From: a virus
Lineage: Duplodnaviria; Caudoviricetes
Strand: one strand, 5' to 3'
IMG/VR virus record: IMGVR_UViG_3300027782_000107
Coordinates: 1 to 56,171 of that record
Length of the DNA: 56,171 bases
Shown: piece by piece, positions 47,683 to 56,171 of the stretch
Position numbering within the stretch: the stretch's first letter is position 1
Layout of the letters: each line of letters begins with the position of its first letter
Notes under the pieces: model-generated
What the model saw: the letters and a program-made list of their open reading frames with translations, nothing else
Told to the model about the DNA's origin: nothing
Databases searched by the model: none
Position numbers and translations under genes: made by a program

Positions 47683-48684
47683 ATGCCGACCAATGTTTAT
47701 TTCACACAAGGCACTAAAAACGAACAGTTCCTTGTAGAAGATCTTATCATAGAATCTCTTAAGATTTATGGTCAGGACTTCTTTTACATTCCAAGAACAT
47801 TAGTATCAAAAGACGAGATTCTAGGTGAAGATCGTCTAAGCAAATTTACATCATCATTTCCAATTGAAATGTATTTTGAGAATGTAGACTCTTTCGAGGG
47901 TCAAGGTGCATTCATTCAAAAGTTTGGTTTAATGATGGAACAGTCTGCAACTATGGTAGTTGCACGTAGACGTTGGGAACAGATGGTTGGTCGCTTCGGT
48001 GCTACCATTATTCCTAGTCGTCCATGTGAAGGTGATTTGATTTATTTCCCTTTGACTAAGGGTATGTTTGAGATTAAATTCGTCAAGCATCAAGATCCAT
48101 TCTATCAACTTGGTAAACTATATGTTTACAAACTACAAGTTGAATTGTTCCAGTACTCTTCCGAGAAGATTGATACTGGTGTTCCTTCTATTGATGCATT
48201 TGAAACCCTTAAAACTTTCAGCACCAATACAACAAGAACACCTTATGGCGAAGTTATTAGTGTGACACTTACAAACGCTGGTGCTGGATATACTTCTGCT
48301 CCAACAGTATCATTTAGTGGAACAGGTTCTGGTGCAACTGCCACAGCATATCTTGGTAATGGAATAAATACAGGTAAGGTAACAAAGGTTATCGTCACAA
48401 ATCCAGGAGTTGGTTATACAACTGCACCAACTGTGGTGTTTACTGGTGGAGGATTTAGTACTACTGCAGTGGCAACTTCAACTATTGAAGCCAATGTGGA
48501 CAGAGTAGAATCTTTTGGTGATAACAATAAATTTAAGGTTCAGGCTGCAGACGTATTATTCAATGTGGCTAACCCATTCGGAGAAGTTGATATTACTTCT
48601 CCAGTGACAGTTCAATATGCAACATCGGCAGATATCACAACAATATTTGCAGACTCCACTACAATTACAGCAGATGCAGCTTAA
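47683..48684 (+). CDS. gp14: Neck protein with inserted accessory domain
   Basis: EQ.LVEDLIIES.KIYG.D..YIPR...RP.EGDLIYFP....FEIKFV.H..PFYQLGK...ELF.YS.E; NPFGE. Confidence 0.93.
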   Translation: MPTNVYFTQGTKNEQFLVEDLIIESLKIYGQDFFYIPRTLVSKDEILGEDRLSKFTSSFPIEMYFENVDSFEGQGAFIQKFGLMMEQSATMVVARRRWEQMVGRFGATIIPSRPCEGDLIYFPLTKGMFEIKFVKHQDPFYQLGKLYVYKLQVELFQYSSEKIDTGVPSIDAFETLKTFSTNTTRTPYGEVISVTLTNAGAGYTSAPTVSFSGTGSGATATAYLGNGINTGKVTKVIVTNPGVGYTTAPTVVFTGGGFSTTAVATSTIEANVDRVESFGDNNKFKVQAADVLFNVANPFGEVDITSPVTVQYATSADITTIFADSTTITADAA

Positions 48685-48693
48685 AGGTTAAAA

Positions 48694-49776
48694 ATGGCAA
48701 AGCAAACAATTTCATTAGGCACAGCAGCAAATGACGGAACAGGTGATCCGTTACGTACAGCATTTACTAAAACAAATGCTAACTTTACTGAACTGTATAC
48801 CTCTGTTGCTGCACTTCAATCCTCAGACGCTGACTTAACTGCGATTGCAGCATTGACTGGCACTAGTGGTTTCTTAAAGAAAACCTCAACAAATACATGG
48901 ACGCTAGATACAAGCACATATCTAACTGCAATCACTTCCAATCAAATTACCACTGCTCTTGGATATACTCCATACAATGGTGCAACTAACTCTAGTGCTT
49001 TCTTAACAGGTATTACTTCTGCTCAGATTATTTCTGCTCTTGGATATACTCCATATAGTGCAGCAAACCCAACTGGATATGTGACCTCTGTTCAAGCAGC
49101 TGTGGCTGATCAAACAGGTAATAGTGGAAAGTTTTTAACAACTGATGGTACTGCAACAAGTTGGGCAGCAACTAGCACTATAACTTCTCTTGGCACTATT
49201 GCCACTGGTGTTTGGAATGGCACTGTAATCACTGGTCAATACGGTGGAACTGGTGTAGCAAATACTGGAAAGACTATTACTCTTGGTGGTAACCTTACTA
49301 CCTCTGGCGCATTTGCCACTACACTAACTGCAACAGCAACTACTAGTGTTACTCTTCCTACAACTGGAACATTGGCAACTCTTGCTGGTACTGAAACTTT
49401 AACCAATAAAACAGCTGGAACTGCCACTACTTCAAGCACTGCTTCTAGTCTTGGTTATCTTGGTATCCCACAAAGCGCAACTGCCACTACTGCTACTCTA
49501 GCAATCGGTGATGCTGGTAAGCACATTTATGTTACAACAAATAGTCAAACAATAACTATTCCTGCCAATGCTTCAGTGGCTTATCCAATCGGAACTACCA
49601 TCGGATTTATCGCTGGACCAAGTGCCACTACTGTTACTATCGCAATTACTAGTGACACTATGTATCTTGGTGGAACAGGAACTACTGGTTCTAGAACTCT
49701 TGCTGCACACGGAATGGCAACTGCTGTTAAAGTTGCTGCCACTACTTGGTATATTAGCGGAAACGGATTGACATAA
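48694..49776 (+). CDS. Fibre protein with gp9/gp10-like N-terminal anchor
   Basis: MAKQTI.LGTAANDGTGDPLRTAF.K.N.NF.ELY; ALGYTPY repeats; C-terminal D.GKHIY...TIPANASVAYPIGT...WYISGNGLT. Confidence 0.78.
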   Translation: MAKQTISLGTAANDGTGDPLRTAFTKTNANFTELYTSVAALQSSDADLTAIAALTGTSGFLKKTSTNTWTLDTSTYLTAITSNQITTALGYTPYNGATNSSAFLTGITSAQIISALGYTPYSAANPTGYVTSVQAAVADQTGNSGKFLTTDGTATSWAATSTITSLGTIATGVWNGTVITGQYGGTGVANTGKTITLGGNLTTSGAFATTLTATATTSVTLPTTGTLATLAGTETLTNKTAGTATTSSTASSLGYLGIPQSATATTATLAIGDAGKHIYVTTNSQTITIPANASVAYPIGTTIGFIAGPSATTVTIAITSDTMYLGGTGTTGSRTLAAHGMATAVKVAATTWYISGNGLT

Positions 49777-50498
49777 TGAGTGGTGCTTTAGCATTAGCAA
49801 CGCTGGGGTCTTATAAGACTGCTGGAATCGTAACTTCAGGTTTGCAATTCAATTTACAAACTGCACCAACATCTGGAACTACATGGACTGATTCTAGTGG
49901 CAATAGTCGTAATGCGACACTTCAAGGTTCTCCATCGTATGTGTCAAACAATGGTGGTGGCATAAGACTAAACAATGCGGATGTAAATAGTACGGATTAT
50001 ATTAGTGTCCCTTACAATATTGCTTCAAATACTGTAACAGTTGAAGTGGTTGCTTCATTTAATCCAACATCATTTTGGGGAACTATTTGGGGTAATGAAA
50101 TTTATGATACTAACGGGGGATACCTAGCATACGTAGATTCTTCAGCAAGTATAAGTTATGGTATCCCTAATAGTGAAACCGCAGAAACCATAACTAATAG
50201 TAATGCTATAAGACATTGGATTTTTGTTATCAATGGAACACAAGCTAGTCTATTTTTAAATGGTTCACAAGTTGGAACAACTGATACTATTAGTAATCAA
50301 ACAATCTTTGCGACAAATGATTTTTATTTTGGGGCAAGGCATAATAATAACGGTATAGGTTTTGGAGGAGATACGCTGAACAACTCAAATTCAGCTAATT
50401 ATCCAGTTTTTTATCAGATGCGAGTGTATAACAAAGCATTATCTGGTGCTGAAATAACTCAGAATTACAATGCAGTTAAAGGCACTTACGGAATTTAA
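49776..50498 (+). CDS. LamG/ConA-like lectin domain protein
   Basis: IVTSGL...SGTTWTDSSGN..NATL.GSP...LFLNG...RVYNKALS..EI.QNYNA....YGI. Confidence 0.78.
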   Translation: MSGALALATLGSYKTAGIVTSGLQFNLQTAPTSGTTWTDSSGNSRNATLQGSPSYVSNNGGGIRLNNADVNSTDYISVPYNIASNTVTVEVVASFNPTSFWGTIWGNEIYDTNGGYLAYVDSSASISYGIPNSETAETITNSNAIRHWIFVINGTQASLFLNGSQVGTTDTISNQTIFATNDFYFGARHNNNGIGFGGDTLNNSNSANYPVFYQMRVYNKALSGAEITQNYNAVKGTYGI

Positions 50499-50527
50499 AT
50501 GTTTTATTATAAAAGGTTCAGTCGCTA

Positions 50528-51274
50528 ATGTTAAACAATAACGTATACTACCACGGAATAATCCGCAAGTGCATCGTAGGATTCGGCACTTTATTCAGTG
50601 ACATCTATATCGATCGTCGTGAAGGTGATTCCGTAACTGGTAATGTTATTCAACGATTACAAGTACCTCTTGCTTATGCTCCAAAAGAAAAATGGTTAGT
50701 TCGTTTGGACCAAGATCCAAACTTAGAAAATAATACTTACGTTTCACTACCAAGAATGTCCTTTGAGATTATTGGTTACAACTACGATCCACAACGTAAA
50801 GTGAATCGCATGCAACAGATAAAATGTGGTGATGGTTCAGGTTCTGTTTCTACAATGTATACTCCTGTTCCTTATAACATTGATGTATCACTATACATTC
50901 TAACTAAAACTCAAGAAGATGGTTTACAGATCCTTGAGCAAATCCTTCCAACATTTACACCTGAATATACATTAACTGTTAATGTCGTGCCAGATATGAA
51001 TGTAAAGGTAGATGTTCCTATTGTTCTAAATAGTGTATCAGTATCAGATGAGTACGATGGTGATTTTCAAACTCGTAGATTTGTTACTCATACTTTATCG
51101 TTTCAAATGAAGGCAAACTTGTTTGGACCAATTGCTGGACAAGGTGTTATTCAAGAAGTTATTGCCAATGTTGGCGACAATGAAGATTTCAGTAATCCAA
51201 ACAGACTTTATACTGCAACAGGCGATGTCGCCACTGCAATCGTTTCTTCGGAGAATTGGTTAGACGGATTTTAA
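50528..51274 (+). CDS. gp15: Tail sheath stabiliser/terminator
   Basis: YH..IRK..V.FGTLF..I; VPLAYAPKEKW; LPRMSFE; PVPYN; QILEQILP.F.P. Confidence 0.94.
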   Translation: MLNNNVYYHGIIRKCIVGFGTLFSDIYIDRREGDSVTGNVIQRLQVPLAYAPKEKWLVRLDQDPNLENNTYVSLPRMSFEIIGYNYDPQRKVNRMQQIKCGDGSGSVSTMYTPVPYNIDVSLYILTKTQEDGLQILEQILPTFTPEYTLTVNVVPDMNVKVDVPIVLNSVSVSDEYDGDFQTRRFVTHTLSFQMKANLFGPIAGQGVIQEVIANVGDNEDFSNPNRLYTATGDVATAIVSSENWLDGF

Positions 51275-51277
51275 ATA

Positions 51278-52855
51278 ATGGCTGAAATTTATAATTCAAA
51301 CTCCAACTTAAAAGCAGCTGGAGTTACTGTTGACTTTACACCTGAAGATGTAAAAGAATATATGAAGTGTTCGGCAGATCCGATATACTTTATTGAAACT
51401 TACTGCTACATTGTTACTCTAGATCATGGTCTACAATTGTTTAAATTGTATGATTGCCAGAAGAACAAATTAAATATTATACATAATAATCGTAGGGTTA
51501 TCCTTATGGAAGGTCGCCAGCAAGGTAAGACGACCACCTCTGCAGCTTACATTCTTTGGTATACGATTTTTCAAGCCAACAAAACTGTGGCTATCCTTGC
51601 AAACAAAGCAACTGCTGCACGTGAGGTTTTAGATCGTTATCAAACAATGTATGAGTTGCTACCAAAGTGGATGCAACAAGGTGTCACTACTTGGAACAAA
51701 GGTGACATTGAATTAGAGAATGGTTCAAAGGTATTTACTGCTGCAACAGGTAAGTCTGGTATTCGTGGTAAATCTGTAAACTTGTTGTATGTTGACGAAG
51801 CAGCGATTATTCCAAACAACGTGGCAGAAGAATTTTTTACGTCAGTTTATCCTACTATTTCTGCTGGACAGACTACTAAGATTCTGTTGTCATCTACTCC
51901 GTTGGGTTATAACCATTTCTGGAAGTTTTGGACAGATGCTGAAAAAGGTAGAAATGGATTCGTTAATCTATTCATACCATACTGGGAAATTCCAGGTCGT
52001 GATGAAGTATGGGCTGCAGAACAAAAAGCCCAACTTGGTGAACTTAAATTTACACAAGAGGTTCTTTGTAACTTCTTAGGTTCTTCTCTCACTTTAGTTC
52101 GTGCTGATACGATTTCTAAAATGAGTCCAGATACTATCGTCCACCAGAAAGATGGCTTGGATGTATATGTAAACCCACAGGCTGGTCATACTTATTGTAT
52201 GGTTTGTGATGTGGCAAAAGGTGTTGGTGGGGATTATTCAGCATTCCAAGTTATTGATATTACAGAGGTTCCCTACAGAATCGTTGCAAAGTATCGTAAT
52301 AATGAAATTAGTCCGTTGCTCTATCCAAATGTGATTTACAAAATTGGAAAAGAGTATAACCAAGCATGGGTATTATTGGAAATAAACATCTCAGAACAGG
52401 TTGCTCACATCCTATATTCTGAGATGGAATATGAAAACATATTGATGGTTACAAGACACGCTATGGGACAAACTGTCTCAGGTGGTTTTGGTGGCGGTAA
52501 GACACAATTGGGTGTCAACACCGATAAAAAGATTAAACGAATTGGGTGTCATAATTTTAAGGCACTCGTTGAAGAAAACAAACTTATTATAAATGACGCT
52601 GATACGATTTCTGAGATCTCGACCTTTATCGAGAAAAAAGGATCTTATGAAGCCGATGAAGGGTATCACGATGATTTGGTAATGCCTCTGGTTTTGTTCG
52701 GCTGGCTAACTACTAACTCGTATTTCAAAGACCTAAATAATGTTAATCTACGAAATATAATGTACGCTAAACAAATGTTGGCGATCGAAGAAGAATTAAC
52801 ACCATTCGGGTTCTATGACGATGGGCAACCTGAAAAGGCTCCATTGAACTTCTAG
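51278..52855 (+). CDS. gp17: Terminase large subunit
   Basis: RQQGKTT Walker A; ILANK; LLYVDEAA Walker B; STP.G.NHF; DVAKG.G.DYS; HDDLVM nuclease motif; no intein. Confidence 0.97.
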   Translation: MAEIYNSNSNLKAAGVTVDFTPEDVKEYMKCSADPIYFIETYCYIVTLDHGLQLFKLYDCQKNKLNIIHNNRRVILMEGRQQGKTTTSAAYILWYTIFQANKTVAILANKATAAREVLDRYQTMYELLPKWMQQGVTTWNKGDIELENGSKVFTAATGKSGIRGKSVNLLYVDEAAIIPNNVAEEFFTSVYPTISAGQTTKILLSSTPLGYNHFWKFWTDAEKGRNGFVNLFIPYWEIPGRDEVWAAEQKAQLGELKFTQEVLCNFLGSSLTLVRADTISKMSPDTIVHQKDGLDVYVNPQAGHTYCMVCDVAKGVGGDYSAFQVIDITEVPYRIVAKYRNNEISPLLYPNVIYKIGKEYNQAWVLLEINISEQVAHILYSEMEYENILMVTRHAMGQTVSGGFGGGKTQLGVNTDKKIKRIGCHNFKALVEENKLIINDADTISEISTFIEKKGSYEADEGYHDDLVMPLVLFGWLTTNSYFKDLNNVNLRNIMYAKQMLAIEEELTPFGFYDDGQPEKAPLNF

Positions 52856-52868
52856 AAATCGTGTAAAA

Positions 52869-52900
52869 ACTAAATAAACATGTAGACATACAATTGTCTA
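52869..52900 (+). promoter_or_regulatory. Late promoter ACTAAATA with a small 5' hairpin upstream of gp18
   Basis: ACTAAATA at 52869-52876; TAGACA-TACAAT-TGTCTA at 52883-52900; AAGGAG SD. Confidence 0.65.
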
Positions 52901-52928
52901 GGTAAACTTATTAACAAGGAGAAATACA

Positions 52929-55133
52929 ATGCCGTTTCAACTATCTCCAGGCGTTGCAGTCGTAGAAAAAGATTTCACTTCTATCGTTCCAGCCGTATCA
53001 TCATCTATTGGTGCTTTTGCTGGAGCATTCCCATGGGGTCCAACTTTGGAGCCTGTTACCGTTAGTTCGGAAAACGATTTAGTTCGTCGCTTCGGTAAAC
53101 CAAATGATAGCAATTTCCAATCTTTTTTCACAGCTGCAAACTTCCTATCTTATACAAACAACTTATTGCTAGTTCGTGCTGACGCTGGATCTTTGAATGC
53201 GGTTGGTGTCAAAACTGGTGGTATTTCTTCGTTCACAGTCGGTACTGCTGGCTCTGGATATACTTCTACTGCTGCTGCACCTGCTGTAACTATCGGTGCT
53301 CCGAATGATGCTGGTGGTATCCAAGCCGTTGGTACTGCAGTTCTTTCTGGTGGCGCAATTACTGCTGTTGCAGTTTCTGCTGGTGGTACTGGTTATTCTG
53401 GTACACCAACTGTAACTATCACTGCTGCTTCTGGTGGTTCAGGTGCTACATTTAGCGTAACAACTTCTGGTGGTGTAATTACTGCCGTTACAGTTCTTAC
53501 TGGTGGTACTGGATACAAAGGTACAGTTACTGCATCATTCTCTGGTGGTGGTGGTTCTGGTGCTTCTGCTGGTACAGTTACTGTTGCTTCTTCAAGCATT
53601 ACTGGAATTACTGTTGCTACTGCTGGTACTGGTTATACTTCTGCACCAAGCGTAACAGTTGCTGCTCCTCCATCTGGTGTTACTGCTGTTGCAACATCAA
53701 CAGTTACTACTGCTGGTTTAAAAATCATCAATGGTGAAACATACAACACTACTTTTGTTAATGGTGCTGGTGTGGTTGGATCGTTTGCTGCAAAATATCC
53801 AGGTGCTGCAGGTAACTCTTTAAAAGTTTCTATGGCTGACTCTGCAACTTGGTCTGCATGGGCTACTGAATATAAGAGCGAATTTGATTCTGCCCCAGGA
53901 ACTTCAACTTATGCTGCTGCAGAAAATCCATCAACTCCAACAACTCCAGTTGATGAACTACACATTATCGTTATTGACGAAGATGGTGTATTTACTGGTA
54001 CTCCAGGAACTGTATTAGAAAAATTTGCCTTTGTTTCTAAAGCAAGTGATGCTAAGAAATCTGATGGTACAAATAACTACTACAAAAACGTAATTAATTC
54101 TCGTTCTGAATACATTTGGTGGATGGATCATCCTACTGCTGTAACAGGTACAACTACTTGGGGATCTGTTGCAGCTGGCGCAACATTCCAAGCATTAACT
54201 TCTGCATTAACAGTTTCTCTATCTGGTGGTACTGATGATTTCAGCGTAACAGATGGTGAGTTACAAACTGCATATGCATTGTTTAATAATGCAGAACTCT
54301 ATGACATTAGCCTAGTATTGGCTGGTAAAGCATCTACTACTGTTGCAAATTATATCATCGGTAATGTTTGCGAAACTCGTTTAGATTGTGTAGCATTTAT
54401 CTCTCCACAAAATATTTCTTCTGGTGACCCAATCATTGGTTCTACATCTACTCAGGCAGATGATATCGTTGATTACCGTGACGCACTTCCAAGCACTTCA
54501 TATGCTGTTCTTGATTCTGGTTACAAATATCAATACGATCGCTATAGTGACTTATATCGTTGGGTTCCATTGAATGGTGACGTGGCTGGTTTATGTGCAC
54601 GTACTGACTACACTAACGATCCATGGTTCTCTCCAGGTGGTTTAAATCGTGGTCAAATCAAGAACGTAGTTCGTTTGGCATTCAATCCAAATAAAACAAG
54701 CAGAGATACTCTTTATAAGTCTGGTGTTAACCCAGTGGTTACATTCCCAGGAGAAGGTACTGTCTTGTTTGGTGATAAAACTCTATTGGCTAAGCCAAGT
54801 GCGTTTGATCGTATCAATGTGCGTCGTCTATTCATCGTTATGGAAAAAGCAATTGCAACTGCTGCTAAATTCCAGTTGTTCGAATTCAACGATGGATTTA
54901 CTCGTGCACAGTTCAAGAACTTAGTTGAACCATTCCTACGTGACGTACAAGGTCGTCGTGGTATTACTGATTTCGTTGTTAAGTGCGATGAGTCTAACAA
55001 CACAGGTGAAGTTATCGATCGTAACGAATTCGTTGCTGATATCTTCGTTAAGCCAAATCGTTCTATCAACTTTATCACTCTCAATTTCGTTGCTGCTCGT
55101 TCTGCGATTAACTTCTCAGAAATCGGTGCGTAA
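52929..55133 (+). CDS. gp18: Tail sheath protein with inserted accessory domains
   Basis: LSPGV.V.EKD; F.WGP; DSGYKYQYDRY; PWFSPGG.NRG; FGDKT; SAFDRINVRRLF; KP.RSINFITLNFVA. Confidence 0.97.
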   Translation: MPFQLSPGVAVVEKDFTSIVPAVSSSIGAFAGAFPWGPTLEPVTVSSENDLVRRFGKPNDSNFQSFFTAANFLSYTNNLLLVRADAGSLNAVGVKTGGISSFTVGTAGSGYTSTAAAPAVTIGAPNDAGGIQAVGTAVLSGGAITAVAVSAGGTGYSGTPTVTITAASGGSGATFSVTTSGGVITAVTVLTGGTGYKGTVTASFSGGGGSGASAGTVTVASSSITGITVATAGTGYTSAPSVTVAAPPSGVTAVATSTVTTAGLKIINGETYNTTFVNGAGVVGSFAAKYPGAAGNSLKVSMADSATWSAWATEYKSEFDSAPGTSTYAAAENPSTPTTPVDELHIIVIDEDGVFTGTPGTVLEKFAFVSKASDAKKSDGTNNYYKNVINSRSEYIWWMDHPTAVTGTTTWGSVAAGATFQALTSALTVSLSGGTDDFSVTDGELQTAYALFNNAELYDISLVLAGKASTTVANYIIGNVCETRLDCVAFISPQNISSGDPIIGSTSTQADDIVDYRDALPSTSYAVLDSGYKYQYDRYSDLYRWVPLNGDVAGLCARTDYTNDPWFSPGGLNRGQIKNVVRLAFNPNKTSRDTLYKSGVNPVVTFPGEGTVLFGDKTLLAKPSAFDRINVRRLFIVMEKAIATAAKFQLFEFNDGFTRAQFKNLVEPFLRDVQGRRGITDFVVKCDESNNTGEVIDRNEFVADIFVKPNRSINFITLNFVAARSAINFSEIGA

Positions 55134-55138
55134 TTCAA

Positions 55139-55146
55139 GATAAATA
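55139..55146 (+). promoter_or_regulatory. Late promoter GATAAATA for gp19
   Basis: Intergenic GATAAATA upstream of the AAGGAG SD. Confidence 0.68.
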
Positions 55147-55169
55147 GATAAGAACATAAGGAGAATTAA

Positions 55170-55757
55170 ATGGCAAATATTGCTGATTTCAAAGCGCAGA
55201 TGATCGGTGGCGGTGCTCGCCCAAATCAATTCCGTGTTGAATTAACATTCCCATCATATGTTACACTAGGTGTAGTTGCAGGACAAAGAGCGCAGTTTTT
55301 ATGTAAAGCTGCTCAATTACCTGCTTCCACTATCGAGACTCTACCAGTCTTGTATCGTGGTCGCCCAGTTAACTTTGCTGGTGAACGAACATTCCAACCA
55401 TGGACTGTGACAGTTTACAATGATACTACTTTTGGTATCCGTAATGCACTAGAGCAATGGCAATCTGGTATCCAGAATTACAATACAACTAATGGTCGTA
55501 CTAATCCTACTGATTACCAAGTTGACTTGTCTGTTCACCAATTAGATCGCAATGGTGCAATTATTAAGAGTTATAAGTTTGTTGATGCATTCCCAACAAC
55601 AATTTCCGCAATCGGTTTAGATTACGAGCAACAAAATGCAATTGAACAGTTTGATGTAGAGTTCCAATACAACTTCTTCACATCAGCTACTGGTGCAGCT
55701 GCTGGCTTTGGTGTCAATGTTTCTATTGATACTCCAGTTGGTAGTTTCCCACTTTAA
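55170..55757 (+). CDS. gp19: Tail tube protein
   Basis: GGGARPNQFRV; FLCKAAQLPAS; RGR...AGERTF.PWTVTV.ND..F.IR...E.W; V.QLDR.G; FPT.IS.I.L. Confidence 0.97.
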   Translation: MANIADFKAQMIGGGARPNQFRVELTFPSYVTLGVVAGQRAQFLCKAAQLPASTIETLPVLYRGRPVNFAGERTFQPWTVTVYNDTTFGIRNALEQWQSGIQNYNTTNGRTNPTDYQVDLSVHQLDRNGAIIKSYKFVDAFPTTISAIGLDYEQQNAIEQFDVEFQYNFFTSATGAAAGFGVNVSIDTPVGSFPL

Positions 55758-55781
55758 TAATTAACTGAAGGTTATTACATA

Positions 55782-56171
55782 ATGCAGATTTTTGGGTTTG
55801 AGATAAAGCGTAAGGATGGAGAGCAACTACCGAGTGTAGTTCCTCCAAGTCCGAATGAGACAGGCGCAACCGTAGTAAACACTGGTGTAAATGCTGGTGG
55901 CTACTACGGTATGGTCATGGATCTTGAAGGTGTTATTAAGAACGAAAATGATTTGATCCGTCGCTACCGTGAAGTAGCACAATATAGTGATTGTGATGGT
56001 GCGATTGAAGATATTGTTAATGAAGCGATTGTGGCTGATGAAACTCACAAATCCGTTGAGATTGTTCTTGATGAATTGAAAGTTTCAGAAAATATTAAAA
56101 CTAGAATTCGTGAAGAATTTCATAATGTACTCCGTATATTAAAGTTTGACGAAAGAGCACATGAAACTTTC
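55782..56171 (+). CDS. gp20: Portal vertex protein (partial, runs off the window edge)
   Basis: Not in the ORF track. Translated by hand from ATG 55782: MQIFGFEIKRK...LI.RYRE.A...CD.AIEDIVNEAIV; follows gp19. Confidence 0.92.
   Translation, partial: MQIFGFEIKRKDGEQLPSVVPPSPNETGATVVNTGVNAGGYYGMVMDLEGVIKNENDLIRRYREVAQYSDCDGAIEDIVNEAIVADETHKSVEIVLDELKVSENIKTRIREEFHNVLRILKFDERAHETF

Noticed and set aside
51278-52855. Intein or intron in the terminase or other core genes
   Set aside because: gp17 is 525 aa with contiguous motifs; no splice-junction or homing endonuclease motifs were seen in the core genes.
55827-56048. 73 aa minus-strand ORF at the right end
   Set aside because: It is antisense to the clearly recognisable gp20 portal N-terminus.
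1-56171. Alternative genetic code (stop codon reassignment)
   Set aside because: Coding density is near complete under the standard code, and TAA, TAG and TGA all terminate genes at expected positions.

Overview
This 56 kb window is the virion morphogenesis region of an AT-rich T4-like myovirus with gene content typical of environmental T4-like phages. Genes were assigned by recognising motifs and gene order; no database search was run. A short leftward block (gp4, gp2, gp54-like, gp16, gp26-like, gp51-like, and a truncated probable tape-measure/hub gene) diverges from a long rightward block. The rightward block runs gp48, gp53, gp27-like, gp5, PAAR, gp25, gp6, gp7, gp8, a VrlC/DUF4815-like protein, about 22 kb of modular fibre/adhesin genes, gp13, gp14, two inserted fibre genes, gp15, gp17, gp18, gp19 and a partial gp20. 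The strongest unexpected signal is a complete -1 recoding cassette: an internal GGAGG, a 10 nt spacer, a U8 run, then UAG. It would fuse the gp26-like ORF to the gp51-like ORF, which has no good start of its own, like the lambda G/GT tail-chaperone frameshift. Other notable signals are an apparent C-terminal-motif/N-terminal-domain docking pattern linking neighbouring fibre genes, nested and gene-splitting insertions in the LamG/SPRY adhesins, a gp5 with two non-T4 hydrolase domains, gp16 relocated 50 kb from gp17, and late promoters positioned to give leaderless mRNAs. I saw no tRNA, rRNA, CRISPR array, intron or intein.
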